Positions 54,707 to 64,000 of a stretch of DNA of 64,000 bases are shown here, in pieces; position 1 is the stretch's first letter; every line of letters begins with the position of its first letter. Position numbers and translations under genes: made by a program. Below the pieces are notes generated by a model. The model saw only the letters and a list, made by a program, of their open reading frames with translations. It was not told the DNA's origin and searched no databases. Source of the stretch: Chromatiales bacterium (lineage in GTDB: Bacteria; Pseudomonadota; Gammaproteobacteria; Xanthomonadales; SZUA-36); NCBI GenBank assembly GCA_024640045.1, contig JAHEFS010000002.1, forward strand, positions 20,040-84,039, read 5' to 3'.

Positions 54707-55861
54707 TCAGGGCAGAAACATCGCCTGGATATCGTTGACGAAGCGCCAACCGAGTTCGGTTGTCGAGAATTGCTCACCAGAACATGCCAGCAGCCCCTTC
54801 GAAACTGCCACATCGATCCGTTCGGACACCACGGTCCAGTCCAGCCCGGTACGCCCAGTAAAATCTTCGCTGGAGAAGCCCTCCCGCAAGCGCAGACGGT
54901 TGAGAAAAAACTCGAAGACCAGGTCGTCGGATGTCAGCACACGTCTCTCGAACACCCGCTCTCGGCCCATGAAGGACCGCGGCTGCCGCGGCGCTGACCA
55001 GCGTGTTACCACGCCCGATTGCACATCACTCAGCTTGCCATGGGCACCCGCGCCCACGGCCAGGAAATCACCGTAGCGCCAATAGTTGAGATTGTGCGCG
55101 CAACGGCGCCCCGGTCTTGCCCAGGCGGAAATCTCGTACTGCCCGAAGCCCGCATCGGTCAGCGCCTCCGCACAGGCAGCCTGCATGACCCAGCAAACCT
55201 CATCGTCAGGCAGTTCAGGAGGGTCACGATGAAAAGCCGTGTTCGGTTCCAGCGTTAACTGGTAGTGCGAAACATGGGCAGGTCCCGCGGCAATCGCCCG
55301 CTTCACGTCATCCAGAGCCTCTTCCGGACTCTGGCCGGGCAGACCGAACATCAGGTCGATATTAAAATTATCCAGCCCGGCATGCGCGAGCGACGCCAGG
55401 GCTTGCGTAACCGATTTCCCGTCATGAATCCGGCCGAGCCGGCGCAGGGCCTCATCGTCGAAACTCTGCACACCCAGGGAAATCCGGTTGACTCCGGCGT
55501 CGCGGTAAGCCCGGAATGAATCCCGTTCAACGGTGCCGGGATTGGCCTCCATCGTCACTTCCACATCCGGCGCCAGGTCAAGGCGAGAAGCAAAGCGCTC
55601 CAGCAGATTCCCGATCAGCGCACCGCTGAACAGGCTGGGTGTGCCACCACCGAAAAAAATGCTCTCGACCTGTCGGCCACGCACCAACGGACTCTGCTCA
55701 TCGAGGTCTCTCAGCAAGGCTGCGATGTAGGGTTCGGCTGGCAGATCACCGTGCAAGGGGTGCGAGTTGAAATCGCAATAGGGGCACTTCTTCACGCACC
55801 AGGGCAGGTGCACATAGAGTCCCAAAGGCGGTATCTGTAAGCTTTCAGTTCGAGTTGCCAT
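54707..55861 (-). CDS. hemW: Radical SAM haem chaperone HemW (HemN-like, oxygen-independent coproporphyrinogen oxidase family)
   Basis: The ATG at 55861 gives [33 protein letters not shown] (CxxxCxxC). The conserved order is rdgB then hemW. Confidence 0.85.
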   Translation of the reverse strand: MATRTESLQIPPLGLYVHLPWCVKKCPYCDFNSHPLHGDLPAEPYIAALLRDLDEQSPLVRGRQVESIFFGGGTPSLFSGALIGNLLERFASRLDLAPDVEVTMEANPGTVERDSFRAYRDAGVNRISLGVQSFDDEALRRLGRIHDGKSVTQALASLAHAGLDNFNIDLMFGLPGQSPEEALDDVKRAIAAGPAHVSHYQLTLEPNTAFHRDPPELPDDEVCWVMQAACAEALTDAGFGQYEISAWARPGRRCAHNLNYWRYGDFLAVGAGAHGKLSDVQSGVVTRWSAPRQPRSFMGRERVFERRVLTSDDLVFEFFLNRLRLREGFSSEDFTGRTGLDWTVVSERIDVAVSKGLLACSGEQFSTTELGWRFVNDIQAMFLP

Positions 55862-56480
55862 CCGTTTCGCCCAACATCCTGACCAGGGCGCGGGCGGCCT
55901 GGCCACGGTGGCTGATACGGTTTTTCACTTCCCTCGGCAATTCCGCCGAAGTGCAACCGTGCTCCGGCACCCGGAACAGGGGATCGTAGCCGAAACCGCC
56001 ACTGCCGCTTGGATGATCGGCGACTTCGCCCCACCAACTGGCGCTGGCGATCAGGGGAACCGGGTCATTGGGGTCGCGCACCAGGACCATGGCGCAGTGA
56101 AAATAGGCCTCGCGTTTCTTGCCGGTGAAAGCAGACATCTCGTTCAATAGCTTGAGATTATTGTCGGCATCGGTGGCAGTGCTACCCGCGAATCGTGCCG
56201 AGTAGATACCCGGCGCTCCTCCCAGGGCCGGCACCACCAGTCCCGAATCGTCGGCAATCGCAGCCAGGCCGGTATGTGAAGCAGCGTGGCGGGCTTTCTT
56301 CAAAGCATTTTCGATAAAACTGGCAGCGTCCTCAATCGCTTCGGGGAAATCCCAGCCGGACTGCGGATACAGGCTGATACCCAGGGGCTCAAGCATGACC
56401 GCCAATTCGCGTAACTTGCCTGCATTACCACTGGCCAGAACCAGCTTGCATAAATCCGGGCCAGCCACGCTCAATCTCAA
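55845..56480 (-). CDS. rdgB: Non-canonical purine NTP pyrophosphatase (RdgB/HAM1)
   Basis: [15 protein letters not shown]...FGYDPLF...SHRG. The track start is a TTG forming a TTGA overlap with rph. A GTG at 56468 is an alternative start. Confidence 0.85.
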   Translation of the reverse strand: MRLSVAGPDLCKLVLASGNAGKLRELAVMLEPLGISLYPQSGWDFPEAIEDAASFIENALKKARHAASHTGLAAIADDSGLVVPALGGAPGIYSARFAGSTATDADNNLKLLNEMSAFTGKKREAYFHCAMVLVRDPNDPVPLIASASWWGEVADHPSGSGGFGYDPLFRVPEHGCTSAELPREVKNRISHRGQAARALVRMLGETDGNSN

Positions 56481-57193
56481 TCGCCGAGTGCCGCGCGCTG
56501 CGCCGCCATCAGCTGTCCGATGCCATTGCCCGCCAGATCCAGCAGTTCGTCGAGTTCCGAACGCCGGAATGCATGTCCTTCGGCGGTTCCCTGCAATTCG
56601 ATGAAGGCGCCGCCATCGTTCATCACCACGTTCATGTCCGTCTCCGCCACATGATCCTCATCGTAATCCAGGTCCAGTACTGGCGTGTCGCCAAAAATCC
56701 CGACGGAAACGGCAGCCACCTGGCCATGAATGGGGTCACGGTCGATGAGGTGCTTTTTACGTAACCACCGGCAGGCGTCGGCCAGGGCCACGTAAGCACC
56801 CGTGATGGAAGCCGTGCGTGTGCCGCCATCGGCCTGCAGCACGTCACAATCGACCGTAATCGTCCGCTCCCCCAAGGCTGCACGATTTACTACCGCGCGC
56901 AGTGAACGGCCAATCAGGCGCTGAATCTCCAGCGTTCTCCCACCCTGTTTGCCCTGGGCCGCCTCGCGGCGCATCCGCGTGCCGGTAGATCGCGGCAGCA
57001 TTCCGTACTCTGCCGTCACCCAGCCTTCACCCTGGTTGCGCAGAAATGGCGGCACCCGTTCCTCAACTGACGCCATGCATAACACGCGGGTTTCGCCGCA
57101 ACTGATCAGAACCGAGCCCTCCGCGTGCCGGTTGTAATTCCGCTGGATGGTAACCGGACGCAATTCGTCGGGTTGTCTGCCGCTTGGCCGCAT
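56477..57193 (-). CDS. rph: Ribonuclease PH
   Basis: The ATG at 57193 (AAAGAGG upstream) gives the canonical 238-aa protein [30 protein letters not shown]...[18 protein letters not shown]. The 93-aa track extension is spurious. Confidence 0.95.
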   Translation of the reverse strand: MRPSGRQPDELRPVTIQRNYNRHAEGSVLISCGETRVLCMASVEERVPPFLRNQGEGWVTAEYGMLPRSTGTRMRREAAQGKQGGRTLEIQRLIGRSLRAVVNRAALGERTITVDCDVLQADGGTRTASITGAYVALADACRWLRKKHLIDRDPIHGQVAAVSVGIFGDTPVLDLDYDEDHVAETDMNVVMNDGGAFIELQGTAEGHAFRRSELDELLDLAGNGIGQLMAAQRAALGD

Positions 57194-57304
57194 AGATTTT
57201 GCCTCTTTAAAATGGTGGATTGGGGGACCGGATTTCGAACTGCCGGTTTGAGTATGGCCGGCAAGCCGGTAACATTGTGCCACTGCCGCCCACGTGAGAA
57301 CAAA

Positions 57305-58174
57305 ATGATTCTGAGCATGACAGGGTTTGCCCGGGTCGAACGCCAGTTCGAATTCGGCCGCCTGAGTTGGGAATTGCGTTCCGTCAACCACCGTTACCTG
57401 GAAGTCAGCATCCGCCTGCCGGAGGAGTTTCGTGCACGCGAGCCTGCCATGCGGGAAATGCTCGGGCACCACGTCAGTCGAGGCAAGATCGATGCCACAC
57501 TCCGGTTTCAGCCGGCTGCGGGATCCGGCGGCAGCGAAATCGTCCTCAATCGCGCGCTGGCCGGACGCTTGCTGGAACTACAGGGAGAACTGGCTGAACT
57601 CGCCGCCGTTGAAAACATTCCAGAACTCAGTGACATACTCCGTTGGCCGGGCGTAGTCGAAGACCTGTTACCCGACCCGGCGCCGCTGCAGGAAGCGGCT
57701 GCGCAACTACTGCAGGAAGCTGCGGAAGAACTGCGTGCCGCGCGCGCCCGCGAAGGTGAAGCCATTGCTGCCGCACTGAACGAACGCCTTGACGGCGTCA
57801 GCCGCTGGGCGGGCGAGATCCGCGGCTGGCTACCGGAGATCCGCGCAGCCCTGAAAGAACGCTTGCTGGAGCGGATCGCAGACCTGCCACAACCGCTGGA
57901 CCCTGGCCGCATCGAACAGGAAGTCGCGTTCCTGGCTCAGAAAATGGACGTGGACGAGGAACTCGACCGGCTCGACGCGCACGTGGAGGAGACCCGACGG
58001 GCACTGGACCGGGATGATCCGGTCGGTCGCCGGCTGGATTTCCTCATGCAGGAATTCAACCGCGAGTCGAATACCCTGAGCTCAAAGTCAGTCGATGTGC
58101 GCACCTCACAGGCCGCGGTCGAACTCAAGGTACTGATCGAGCAAATGCGCGAGCAGGTGCAGAATGCCGAGTGA
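57305..58174 (+). CDS. yicC: YicC family stress-induced protein
   Basis: [12 protein letters not shown]...[13 protein letters not shown]...[12 protein letters not shown], 289 aa from the ATG at 57305. It is divergent from rph, as in E. coli. Confidence 0.9.
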   Translation: MILSMTGFARVERQFEFGRLSWELRSVNHRYLEVSIRLPEEFRAREPAMREMLGHHVSRGKIDATLRFQPAAGSGGSEIVLNRALAGRLLELQGELAELAAVENIPELSDILRWPGVVEDLLPDPAPLQEAAAQLLQEAAEELRAARAREGEAIAAALNERLDGVSRWAGEIRGWLPEIRAALKERLLERIADLPQPLDPGRIEQEVAFLAQKMDVDEELDRLDAHVEETRRALDRDDPVGRRLDFLMQEFNRESNTLSSKSVDVRTSQAAVELKVLIEQMREQVQNAE

Positions 58175-58799
58175 GCAGCTTTCACGCGGCGATCTGTTGA
58201 TCGTCGCGGCCCCCTCCGGCGGCGGCAAGACCACCTTGGTCAACGCGTTGCTGGAAGGCGACGACCGCCTGACCTTATCGGTGTCACATACCACCCGGCC
58301 ACCGCGCCCGGGTGAGCAGCCAGGCGAACACTATTACTTCGTTACCGAAGCTGAATTCGAGACGCTTGCGGCGGACGGGGCCTTCGTTGAGCACGCACTG
58401 GTGTTTGGTCACCACTACGGCACCCACGCGGGCATGCTGCAGGAAATGCTGGAGCGCGGCCTGGACGTGATCCTGGAAATCGACTGGCAAGGAGCCCGGC
58501 AGGTGCGCGAGCGGTTCCCCGACTGCCGTTCCGTATTCATCCTGCCGCCGTCGCTGGAAACGCTCCGGCAACGCCTGTCACAGCGCGCCCAGGACACCGA
58601 AGAGGTGATCGAAAAACGGATGCAGCAGGCACGTTCGGAAATCTCCCACTGGGCGGAATTCGATTTCCTGGTGGTGAACGATGAATTCGAAGCGGCACTT
58701 GCAGACCTGCAAGTGGTGCTGAGAAGCCTGCGCCTGGCCCGACCGCGCCAACAGCACGAATATGCCAATTTGCTGGCGGAGCTTCTGGGAAGCAGATAA
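58164..58799 (+). CDS. gmk: Guanylate kinase
   Basis: P-loop APSGGGKTTL, then SVSHTTRPPRPGE..G..YYFV. Confidence 0.9.
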   Translation: MPSEQLSRGDLLIVAAPSGGGKTTLVNALLEGDDRLTLSVSHTTRPPRPGEQPGEHYYFVTEAEFETLAADGAFVEHALVFGHHYGTHAGMLQEMLERGLDVILEIDWQGARQVRERFPDCRSVFILPPSLETLRQRLSQRAQDTEEVIEKRMQQARSEISHWAEFDFLVVNDEFEAALADLQVVLRSLRLARPRQQHEYANLLAELLGSR

Positions 58800-58837
58800 A
58801 ATGAGGGGTTTCGCCGACTTCAACACAGGATTTTGAA

Positions 58838-59098
58838 ATGGCACGAATTACCGTAGAAGATTGCCTGGATAACATCAACAACCGCTTTGAACTGGTTTTA
58901 ACTGCGACCAAGCGCGCACGCCAGATTGGCCATGGCGCAGAACCGATGATCCCGGAAGAGAATGACAAGCCCACCGTGATCGCGCTGCGCGAGATTGCCG
59001 AGGGTCACATCGACGCCGAGCGCGTGGATGTGCTGCAGGCCGAAATCGAAGCCGCCGAGCATTTCGATATGGACCTGGAGGAAGACCTGGAGTCCTGA
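58838..59098 (+). CDS. rpoZ: DNA-directed RNA polymerase subunit omega
   Basis: [30 protein letters not shown], 86 aa. Confidence 0.95.
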   Translation: MARITVEDCLDNINNRFELVLTATKRARQIGHGAEPMIPEENDKPTVIALREIAEGHIDAERVDVLQAEIEAAEHFDMDLEEDLES

Positions 59099-59108
59099 CG
59101 GCAATCGC

Positions 59109-61235
59109 ATGCTGGCGACCCCGAGTCTTCCGGAGCCGGTCCTTGAACTGAGAGACTTGCTCAACACCTATCTCGAGCCCGAAAAGGTCGCTGTCATACT
59201 CCGCGCTTTCGAGGTCGGCGCTCTCGCTCATGAGGGCCAGACGCGAAAAACCGGGGAACCCTACATCCTGCATCCGGTTGCGGTCGCCCGCATCCTGGCC
59301 AATATGCGGATGGACAACCACAGCGTTGCAGCCGCCATCCTGCATGACACGCTGGAAGACACGCCACTGACCAAGGAAAACATCGAGGCGCAGTTTGGCC
59401 CCGAGATTGCCGAACTCGTCGATGGTGTCACCAAGCTGGACAAAATGCGCTTTCGCACCCGCCACGAAGCGGACGCGGAGAGTTTCCGGAAACTGATGCT
59501 GGCCATGTCACGCGATTTGCGCGTGATATTCATCAAGCTGGCTGACCGCCTGCACAACATGCGCACCCTGGGCTCCATGAGCCACCAGTCGCGGCGGCGG
59601 ATTGCGCGCGAAACCCTGGACATCTACGCGCCCATCGCCGACCGGCTGGGCATGAACTCGATCAAGTCGGAACTCGAGGACCTGGGTTTCGAGAACCTTT
59701 TTCCCTGGCGGCACCGAACCATCGCGGAGCACATCAGCACGACCACCGGCAACCGCCGCGAGGTGATCGACAACATCAAGAAGGCGCTCAAGAAAAAAAT
59801 GAACGAGGCGGGTGTTCCCTGCCAGATCTTCGGCCGCGAAAAAACGCCCTACAGCATTTACAAGAAGATGCTCTCGAAAGACCTTTCGTTCTCCGAGGTC
59901 AACGACGTCTACGCCTTCCGGATCGTCACCCATTCCGAACCGCATTGCTACATGGCGCTGGGTGCTGTTCACGCCTTGTATCAGCCCAAGCCCGGCCGTT
60001 TCAAGGACTACATCGCACTGCCCAAGGCCAATGGCTATCAGTCACTGCATACCGTGCTCAACAGCCCCTACGGACTGCCGGTTGAAATCCAGATCCGCAC
60101 CGAGGAAATGGATGTTATGGCCGAAAAGGGCGCCGCCGCCCACTGGCAATACAAGAGCGGTGAGAAATTCTCCGGCACGGCAGAAGTCCGCGCCAGAGAC
60201 TGGCTGATGCAACTGGTGGACGTGCAGCGCCACACCGGTGATTCGATGGAATTCCTCGATGGCGCCAAGTCAGACCTGTTTCCGGACGAGATTTTCGTTT
60301 TTACGCCCAAGGGCAAGATCATTGACCTGCGCACGAACTCCACGGCACTGGATTTCGCGTACGCCATCCACACCGATGTGGGCAACCATACCCGCAAGGT
60401 ACTGGTGAACAAGGTCGAGGTGCCATTATCGACCCGGCTGGAAAATGGACAGACGGTGGAAGTGATCACCCACCCTGAAGTCCGGCCCTCGCCGGACTGG
60501 CTGGAATTCGTCGGCACCGCGCGTGCGCGTACCGCCATCCGGCACTACATCCGCAGCCTGGAACAGGCCGATACGGTTCGCCTCGGCCTGCGCATGCTGG
60601 AAAAAGCATTCAACGCACGCGGCGCCAGTTCGGACGACATCCCCCAGGAGCGTTACGACCGGTTCCTGAATGACAACCATTTCAAACGCATGGAAGACCT
60701 GCTCGAAGCGCTGGCGCTGGGCAGCCTGCTGGCCAATGTCGTGGCCGCCAAACTGGCGCCGGATTCACAGGCCGGTTCCGGCGGCAAAACCGAGGCGCTT
60801 GCCATTGCCGGGTCCGAGGGCAGCGTCGTCGATTTCGGAGCCTGTTGCCACCCGGTACCCGGGGACCCGATCATGGGTTACGTTTCCGCCGGCAAGGGCA
60901 TCGTCGTCCACCGACTGAACTGCCGTAATGTGCGAGAATTCCGCAAGCACCCGGACCGCTGTCTCAACGTCACCTGGGCGCCCATCATCAAACACATGTT
61001 CCAGGTTGCGCTGCGCATCCTGGCCCGGAACAACCCGGGCGTCCTGGCCAACATTTCCAACAGCGTTTCTGAAGCCGGCAGCAACATCGAGAAAGTCGAG
61101 CAGACCGACACCAACCCTGAAACAGCCACCCTGCTGTTTACACTCACCGTCCACGATCGCGACCACATGGCGCGGGTCATGCGCCGCCTGCGGCGCAACC
61201 GCAACGTGATTCGCGTCGGCCGCATCAACGCCTGA
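59109..61235 (+). CDS. spoT: Bifunctional (p)ppGpp synthetase / guanosine-3',5'-bis(diphosphate) 3'-pyrophosphohydrolase
   Basis: The ATG at 59109 lies just after rpoZ. The HD hydrolase motifs are intact ([17 protein letters not shown]). It has synthetase, TGS and ACT regions and is 708 aa. The track extension overlapping rpoZ is spurious. Confidence 0.9.
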   Translation: MLATPSLPEPVLELRDLLNTYLEPEKVAVILRAFEVGALAHEGQTRKTGEPYILHPVAVARILANMRMDNHSVAAAILHDTLEDTPLTKENIEAQFGPEIAELVDGVTKLDKMRFRTRHEADAESFRKLMLAMSRDLRVIFIKLADRLHNMRTLGSMSHQSRRRIARETLDIYAPIADRLGMNSIKSELEDLGFENLFPWRHRTIAEHISTTTGNRREVIDNIKKALKKKMNEAGVPCQIFGREKTPYSIYKKMLSKDLSFSEVNDVYAFRIVTHSEPHCYMALGAVHALYQPKPGRFKDYIALPKANGYQSLHTVLNSPYGLPVEIQIRTEEMDVMAEKGAAAHWQYKSGEKFSGTAEVRARDWLMQLVDVQRHTGDSMEFLDGAKSDLFPDEIFVFTPKGKIIDLRTNSTALDFAYAIHTDVGNHTRKVLVNKVEVPLSTRLENGQTVEVITHPEVRPSPDWLEFVGTARARTAIRHYIRSLEQADTVRLGLRMLEKAFNARGASSDDIPQERYDRFLNDNHFKRMEDLLEALALGSLLANVVAAKLAPDSQAGSGGKTEALAIAGSEGSVVDFGACCHPVPGDPIMGYVSAGKGIVVHRLNCRNVREFRKHPDRCLNVTWAPIIKHMFQVALRILARNNPGVLANISNSVSEAGSNIEKVEQTDTNPETATLLFTLTVHDRDHMARVMRRLRRNRNVIRVGRINA

Positions 61236-61252
61236 ATTTCGAGGTCCAACGC

Positions 61253-61633
61253 ATGAGCAGAGAAATCATTCACACCGACCAGGCCCCGGCGGCCATCGGC
61301 ACCTATTCACAAGCCGTGCGCCACGGCAACCTGGTGTTCCTGTCGGGCCAGATTCCACTCGACCCGCCCAGCATGGAACTGGTCTCGGGCGGCTTCGAAG
61401 ACCAGGTACGCCGTGTTTTCGACAACCTCCAGGCAGTTTGCCAGGCCTCGGGCGGGCAGCTTGCCGACATCGTCAAGCTAACGGTGTATTTGACCGACAT
61501 GGGCCATTTCCCGGTGGTCAACGCCGTCATGGGTGAATATTTCAGCGAGCCCTACCCTGCGCGTGCGGCGGTGGGCGTCGCCGCACTGCCCAAGGGCGCC
61601 CAGGTCGAAATGGACGCCATCCTGGCCTTGTGA
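61253..61633 (+). CDS. ridA: RidA/YjgF family reactive-intermediate deaminase
   Basis: 126 aa, [12 protein letters not shown]...FLSGQIPL...[22 protein letters not shown]. Confidence 0.9.
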   Translation: MSREIIHTDQAPAAIGTYSQAVRHGNLVFLSGQIPLDPPSMELVSGGFEDQVRRVFDNLQAVCQASGGQLADIVKLTVYLTDMGHFPVVNAVMGEYFSEPYPARAAVGVAALPKGAQVEMDAILAL

Positions 61634-61693
61634 GGTCTGCACCGCCCGAGCCAGGGCCCATTCGGCGCACATTTCAGCGGTAACGGACCGCCC

Positions 61694-63763
61694 ATGTCAC
61701 AGGCACTGACAGATCTCCAGGGAGTTGGCCCAAGGCTGCAGGAGCGGCTCAGTGAGCTCGGCATTCATGCCGTAGAAGACCTGCTGTTCCACTTGCCGCT
61801 GCGCTACGAGGACCGTACCCACCTGCATGCGATCGGGGCCGTGCGCCCCGGCACACGGGTGTTGATCGAGGGTGAGGTCGAACATTCCGCCATCGTCCGG
61901 GGCAGGAGGTCGATGCTGGTCGTGGTCCTGTCGGACGGCACAGGCCGGGTCAACCTGCGCTTTTTCCATTTCCGCGCGCATCAGAAAACCCAGCTCGCAC
62001 GCGGCGCGACGCTCCGTTGCTTCGGCGAAGTTCGCGCCGGCTACCAGGGGCTGGAGATGGTGCATCCCAGCTATACCCGGATCGTGCCCGGCCGGGAAAC
62101 GCCTGTCGCCGACCGCCTCACCCCGATCTACCCATCTGCCGAAGGCCTGGGCCAGAACACCTGGATCCGGCTGACAGACCAGGCCCTGTCCGCCCTGTCG
62201 GCAGGTAAGTTGGAACTCGAGGAATTACTGCCGGAAGGCATGACCCGCAACCTGCGGCTGCCATCACTTGCTGAGGCAATTACCTATATCCACCGGCCGC
62301 CACCCGACGCCGACGTGACCGCACTGACTGAGCGCAACCACCCCGCGCAGCACCGACTGGCGATGGAGGAACTGCTGGCGCATAACGTCAGCATGCAACG
62401 CCTGCATCGCCGGCAACGGGCGCGGTCGGCTCCCGCCTTACCGGCCGAAACGGAATCCGAGCAGAAATTTCTGTCCCGGCTGCCCTTCGATCTGACTCGC
62501 GCCCAACTCCGTGTGCGAGACGAAATTACCAGCGACCTGTCCCAGTCGCACCCAATGCAACGCCTGGTTCACGGCGACGTCGGCTCGGGCAAAACCGTCG
62601 TTGCCGCCCTGGCTGCGCTGCGGGCCATGGGCAACGGCTACCAGGTCGCCATCATGGCCCCGACCGAGATTCTGGCAGAGCAGCACCTGCGGGTTTTCAG
62701 TGAATGGCTGCTGCCGATGGGAATCGAGCCGATATGGCTCAGCAGCAAGGTCACCGGTAAGGCGCGCACGGCTGCGCTGGAAGCCCTGGCCACAGACGCA
62801 CCCATTGCCATCGGCACGCATGCCCTGATGCAGGAGGGTGTCGCCTTCCGACGGCTGGGCCTGGTGATCGTCGATGAACAGCACCGCTTTGGTGTCCACC
62901 AGCGCATGGCGCTGCTGGAAAAAGGCAGCGACGGTTCGGGTCAGCCACACCAGCTGATCATGACGGCCACACCGATTCCGCGCACCCTGGCCATGACCGC
63001 CTATGCCGGGCTGGAAGTCTCGGTAATCGACGAATTACCCGCCGGACGCAAGCCGGTAACCACCGTCGCGGTGGGCAACGAACGCCGCGGTGAAGTCATT
63101 CGCCGGGTGGCAGCGGCCTGCGGCGAGGAACGCCAGGCCTACTGGGTCTGCACCCTGATCGAGGAATCCGATGCGATCCAGGCGCAGGCTGCGGAAGCGG
63201 TGGCCCAGGACCTGCGCGAACGCCTGGACGAACTCAACATCGGTCTCGTGCACGGGCGCATGAAAGCGGCCGAAAAGCAGGCGGTCATGCAGGACTTCGA
63301 ACGAGGGAACATACACCTGTTGGTCGCCACCACGGTGATCGAAGTCGGGGTGGATGTGCCCAACGCTTCGCTGATGATTATCGAGAACGCCGAACGCCTG
63401 GGCCTGGCCCAATTGCACCAACTGCGCGGGCGGGTCGGGCGTGGAGCGGTGCAATCATCCTGCGTCCTGCTTTACACCGCACCGCTCGGCGACCTGGCCC
63501 GGCAACGCCTGGACATCATGCGCCAGACCAGCGATGGCTTCCGGATTGCGGAAAAGGACCTCGAGCTTCGCGGTCCCGGTGAAGTGCTGGGGACCCGGCA
63601 AACGGGGATGCTGCAGTTTCGGGTGGCCGACCTCGCGCGTGATGCGCACCTGCTGCAACGGATCCCGGCCGTGGCCGACAGCCTGCTTAAACACCACCCC
63701 GAGCAGGTCGATAAACTGATCAAACGCTGGGTGGGTGATGCGTCCCGATTTGCCGGAGTCTGA
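61694..63763 (+). CDS. recG: ATP-dependent DNA helicase RecG
   Basis: Wedge/OB N-terminal domain, then helicase motifs GDVGSGKT, DEQHRFGV and QLHQLRGRVGRG. 689 aa. Confidence 0.95.
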   Translation: MSQALTDLQGVGPRLQERLSELGIHAVEDLLFHLPLRYEDRTHLHAIGAVRPGTRVLIEGEVEHSAIVRGRRSMLVVVLSDGTGRVNLRFFHFRAHQKTQLARGATLRCFGEVRAGYQGLEMVHPSYTRIVPGRETPVADRLTPIYPSAEGLGQNTWIRLTDQALSALSAGKLELEELLPEGMTRNLRLPSLAEAITYIHRPPPDADVTALTERNHPAQHRLAMEELLAHNVSMQRLHRRQRARSAPALPAETESEQKFLSRLPFDLTRAQLRVRDEITSDLSQSHPMQRLVHGDVGSGKTVVAALAALRAMGNGYQVAIMAPTEILAEQHLRVFSEWLLPMGIEPIWLSSKVTGKARTAALEALATDAPIAIGTHALMQEGVAFRRLGLVIVDEQHRFGVHQRMALLEKGSDGSGQPHQLIMTATPIPRTLAMTAYAGLEVSVIDELPAGRKPVTTVAVGNERRGEVIRRVAAACGEERQAYWVCTLIEESDAIQAQAAEAVAQDLRERLDELNIGLVHGRMKAAEKQAVMQDFERGNIHLLVATTVIEVGVDVPNASLMIIENAERLGLAQLHQLRGRVGRGAVQSSCVLLYTAPLGDLARQRLDIMRQTSDGFRIAEKDLELRGPGEVLGTRQTGMLQFRVADLARDAHLLQRIPAVADSLLKHHPEQVDKLIKRWVGDASRFAGV

Positions 63764-63796
63764 ACAGGCTGAAGTTCGACAAGATGGCCGACAGTT

Positions 63797-64000
63797 CTAT
63801 AGACCGGCGACTTTCAGACCCCTGATTTCATTCCGTGCCTGGTTCACCTCGTCGAGGATGCGCTGGGTGATTTCTACGAAACGTGGATCGTCTCGCAAAA
63901 GGTCCAGCCGACCATCAATTTTCAGTAACCAGCTTTGACGCCAACCCCGGTCGTAGGCCTCCTCGAGCGAGGCCATAGCCTGGTCGCGCTCGCCCCTGAG
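63797..64000 (-). CDS. C-terminal 67 codons of a protein ending in a TPR-family-type tail; the 5' part lies beyond the window end
   Basis: Not in the ORF track because it runs off the window. Hand translation of the minus strand: LRGERDQAMASLEEAYDRGWRQSWLLKIDGRLDLLRDDPRFVEITQRILDEVNQARNEIRGLKVAGL-stop (TAG at 63797-63799). An ending of the type GW...L..DP.LD.LRDDPRF is common in membrane-anchored TPR proteins. Confidence 0.5.
   Translation of the reverse strand, partial: LRGERDQAMASLEEAYDRGWRQSWLLKIDGRLDLLRDDPRFVEITQRILDEVNQARNEIRGLKVAGL

Noticed and set aside
56477-57472. ORF-track N-terminal extensions: rph (331 aa), yicC from 57125, spoT from 58995 overlapping rpoZ, btuB from 4398, rppH from 15342, pepN from 38587
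   Set aside because: In each case an internal ATG with a proper SD gives the canonical family N-terminus and length. The extensions overlap neighbouring genes or regulatory RNA.
1-64000. Mobile elements, prophage remnants, CRISPR arrays, toxin-antitoxin or defence-island content
   Set aside because: I saw no transposase, integrase or recombinase ORFs, no regularly spaced direct repeats, no tRNA integration targets and no abrupt compositional islands. The window looks like core chromosome.

Overview
A GC-rich, densely packed chromosomal segment from a Gammaproteobacterium. Conserved synteny blocks support this: pilMNOPQ divergent from ponA/mrcA, and rph-rdgB-hemW opposite yicC-gmk-rpoZ-spoT-ridA-recG. 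A GTP-type PEP carboxykinase and a Cys-less type-B L31 hint at a Xanthomonadales-like or related lineage, but that is inference only. I can support about 55 protein-coding genes, two of them truncated by the window edges and absent from the ORF track. I can also support one cobalamin riboswitch upstream of a BtuB-type TonB-dependent receptor, several intrinsic terminators, two Fur-box-like sites at bfr/bfd, and a candidate fadE promoter/operator. I saw no rRNA, tRNA, CRISPR array, transposase, integrase or phage genes. Most of the content is housekeeping: fadE, glnS, mnmG, pepN, gltA, spoT, recG and type IV pilus assembly. I did not find a clear-cut new multi-gene system. The candidates most worth follow-up are listed below. 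(1) A co-directional envelope cluster (30935-35863), centred on a lipoprotein with an extreme Tyr/Trp/Gly block, a His-rich patch and a basic SRSR-repeat tail. (2) A 765-aa orphan lipoprotein with a 12-Cys module. It lies convergent to a two-component system whose 3' flank carries a strand-specific terminator about 310 nt past the stop codon, suggesting an sRNA or long 3' UTR. (3) A LemA plus M48-protease pair, where the protease has a large TerB-like C-terminal extension. (4) An RND-MFP-TLC-like transporter operon with inverted gene order and no outer-membrane factor. (5) A translationally coupled hutG-hutF-DUF938 trio with no hutUHI in the window. Start codons were re-examined by hand. Many ORF-track entries carry spurious N-terminal extensions or begin at GTG/TTG.
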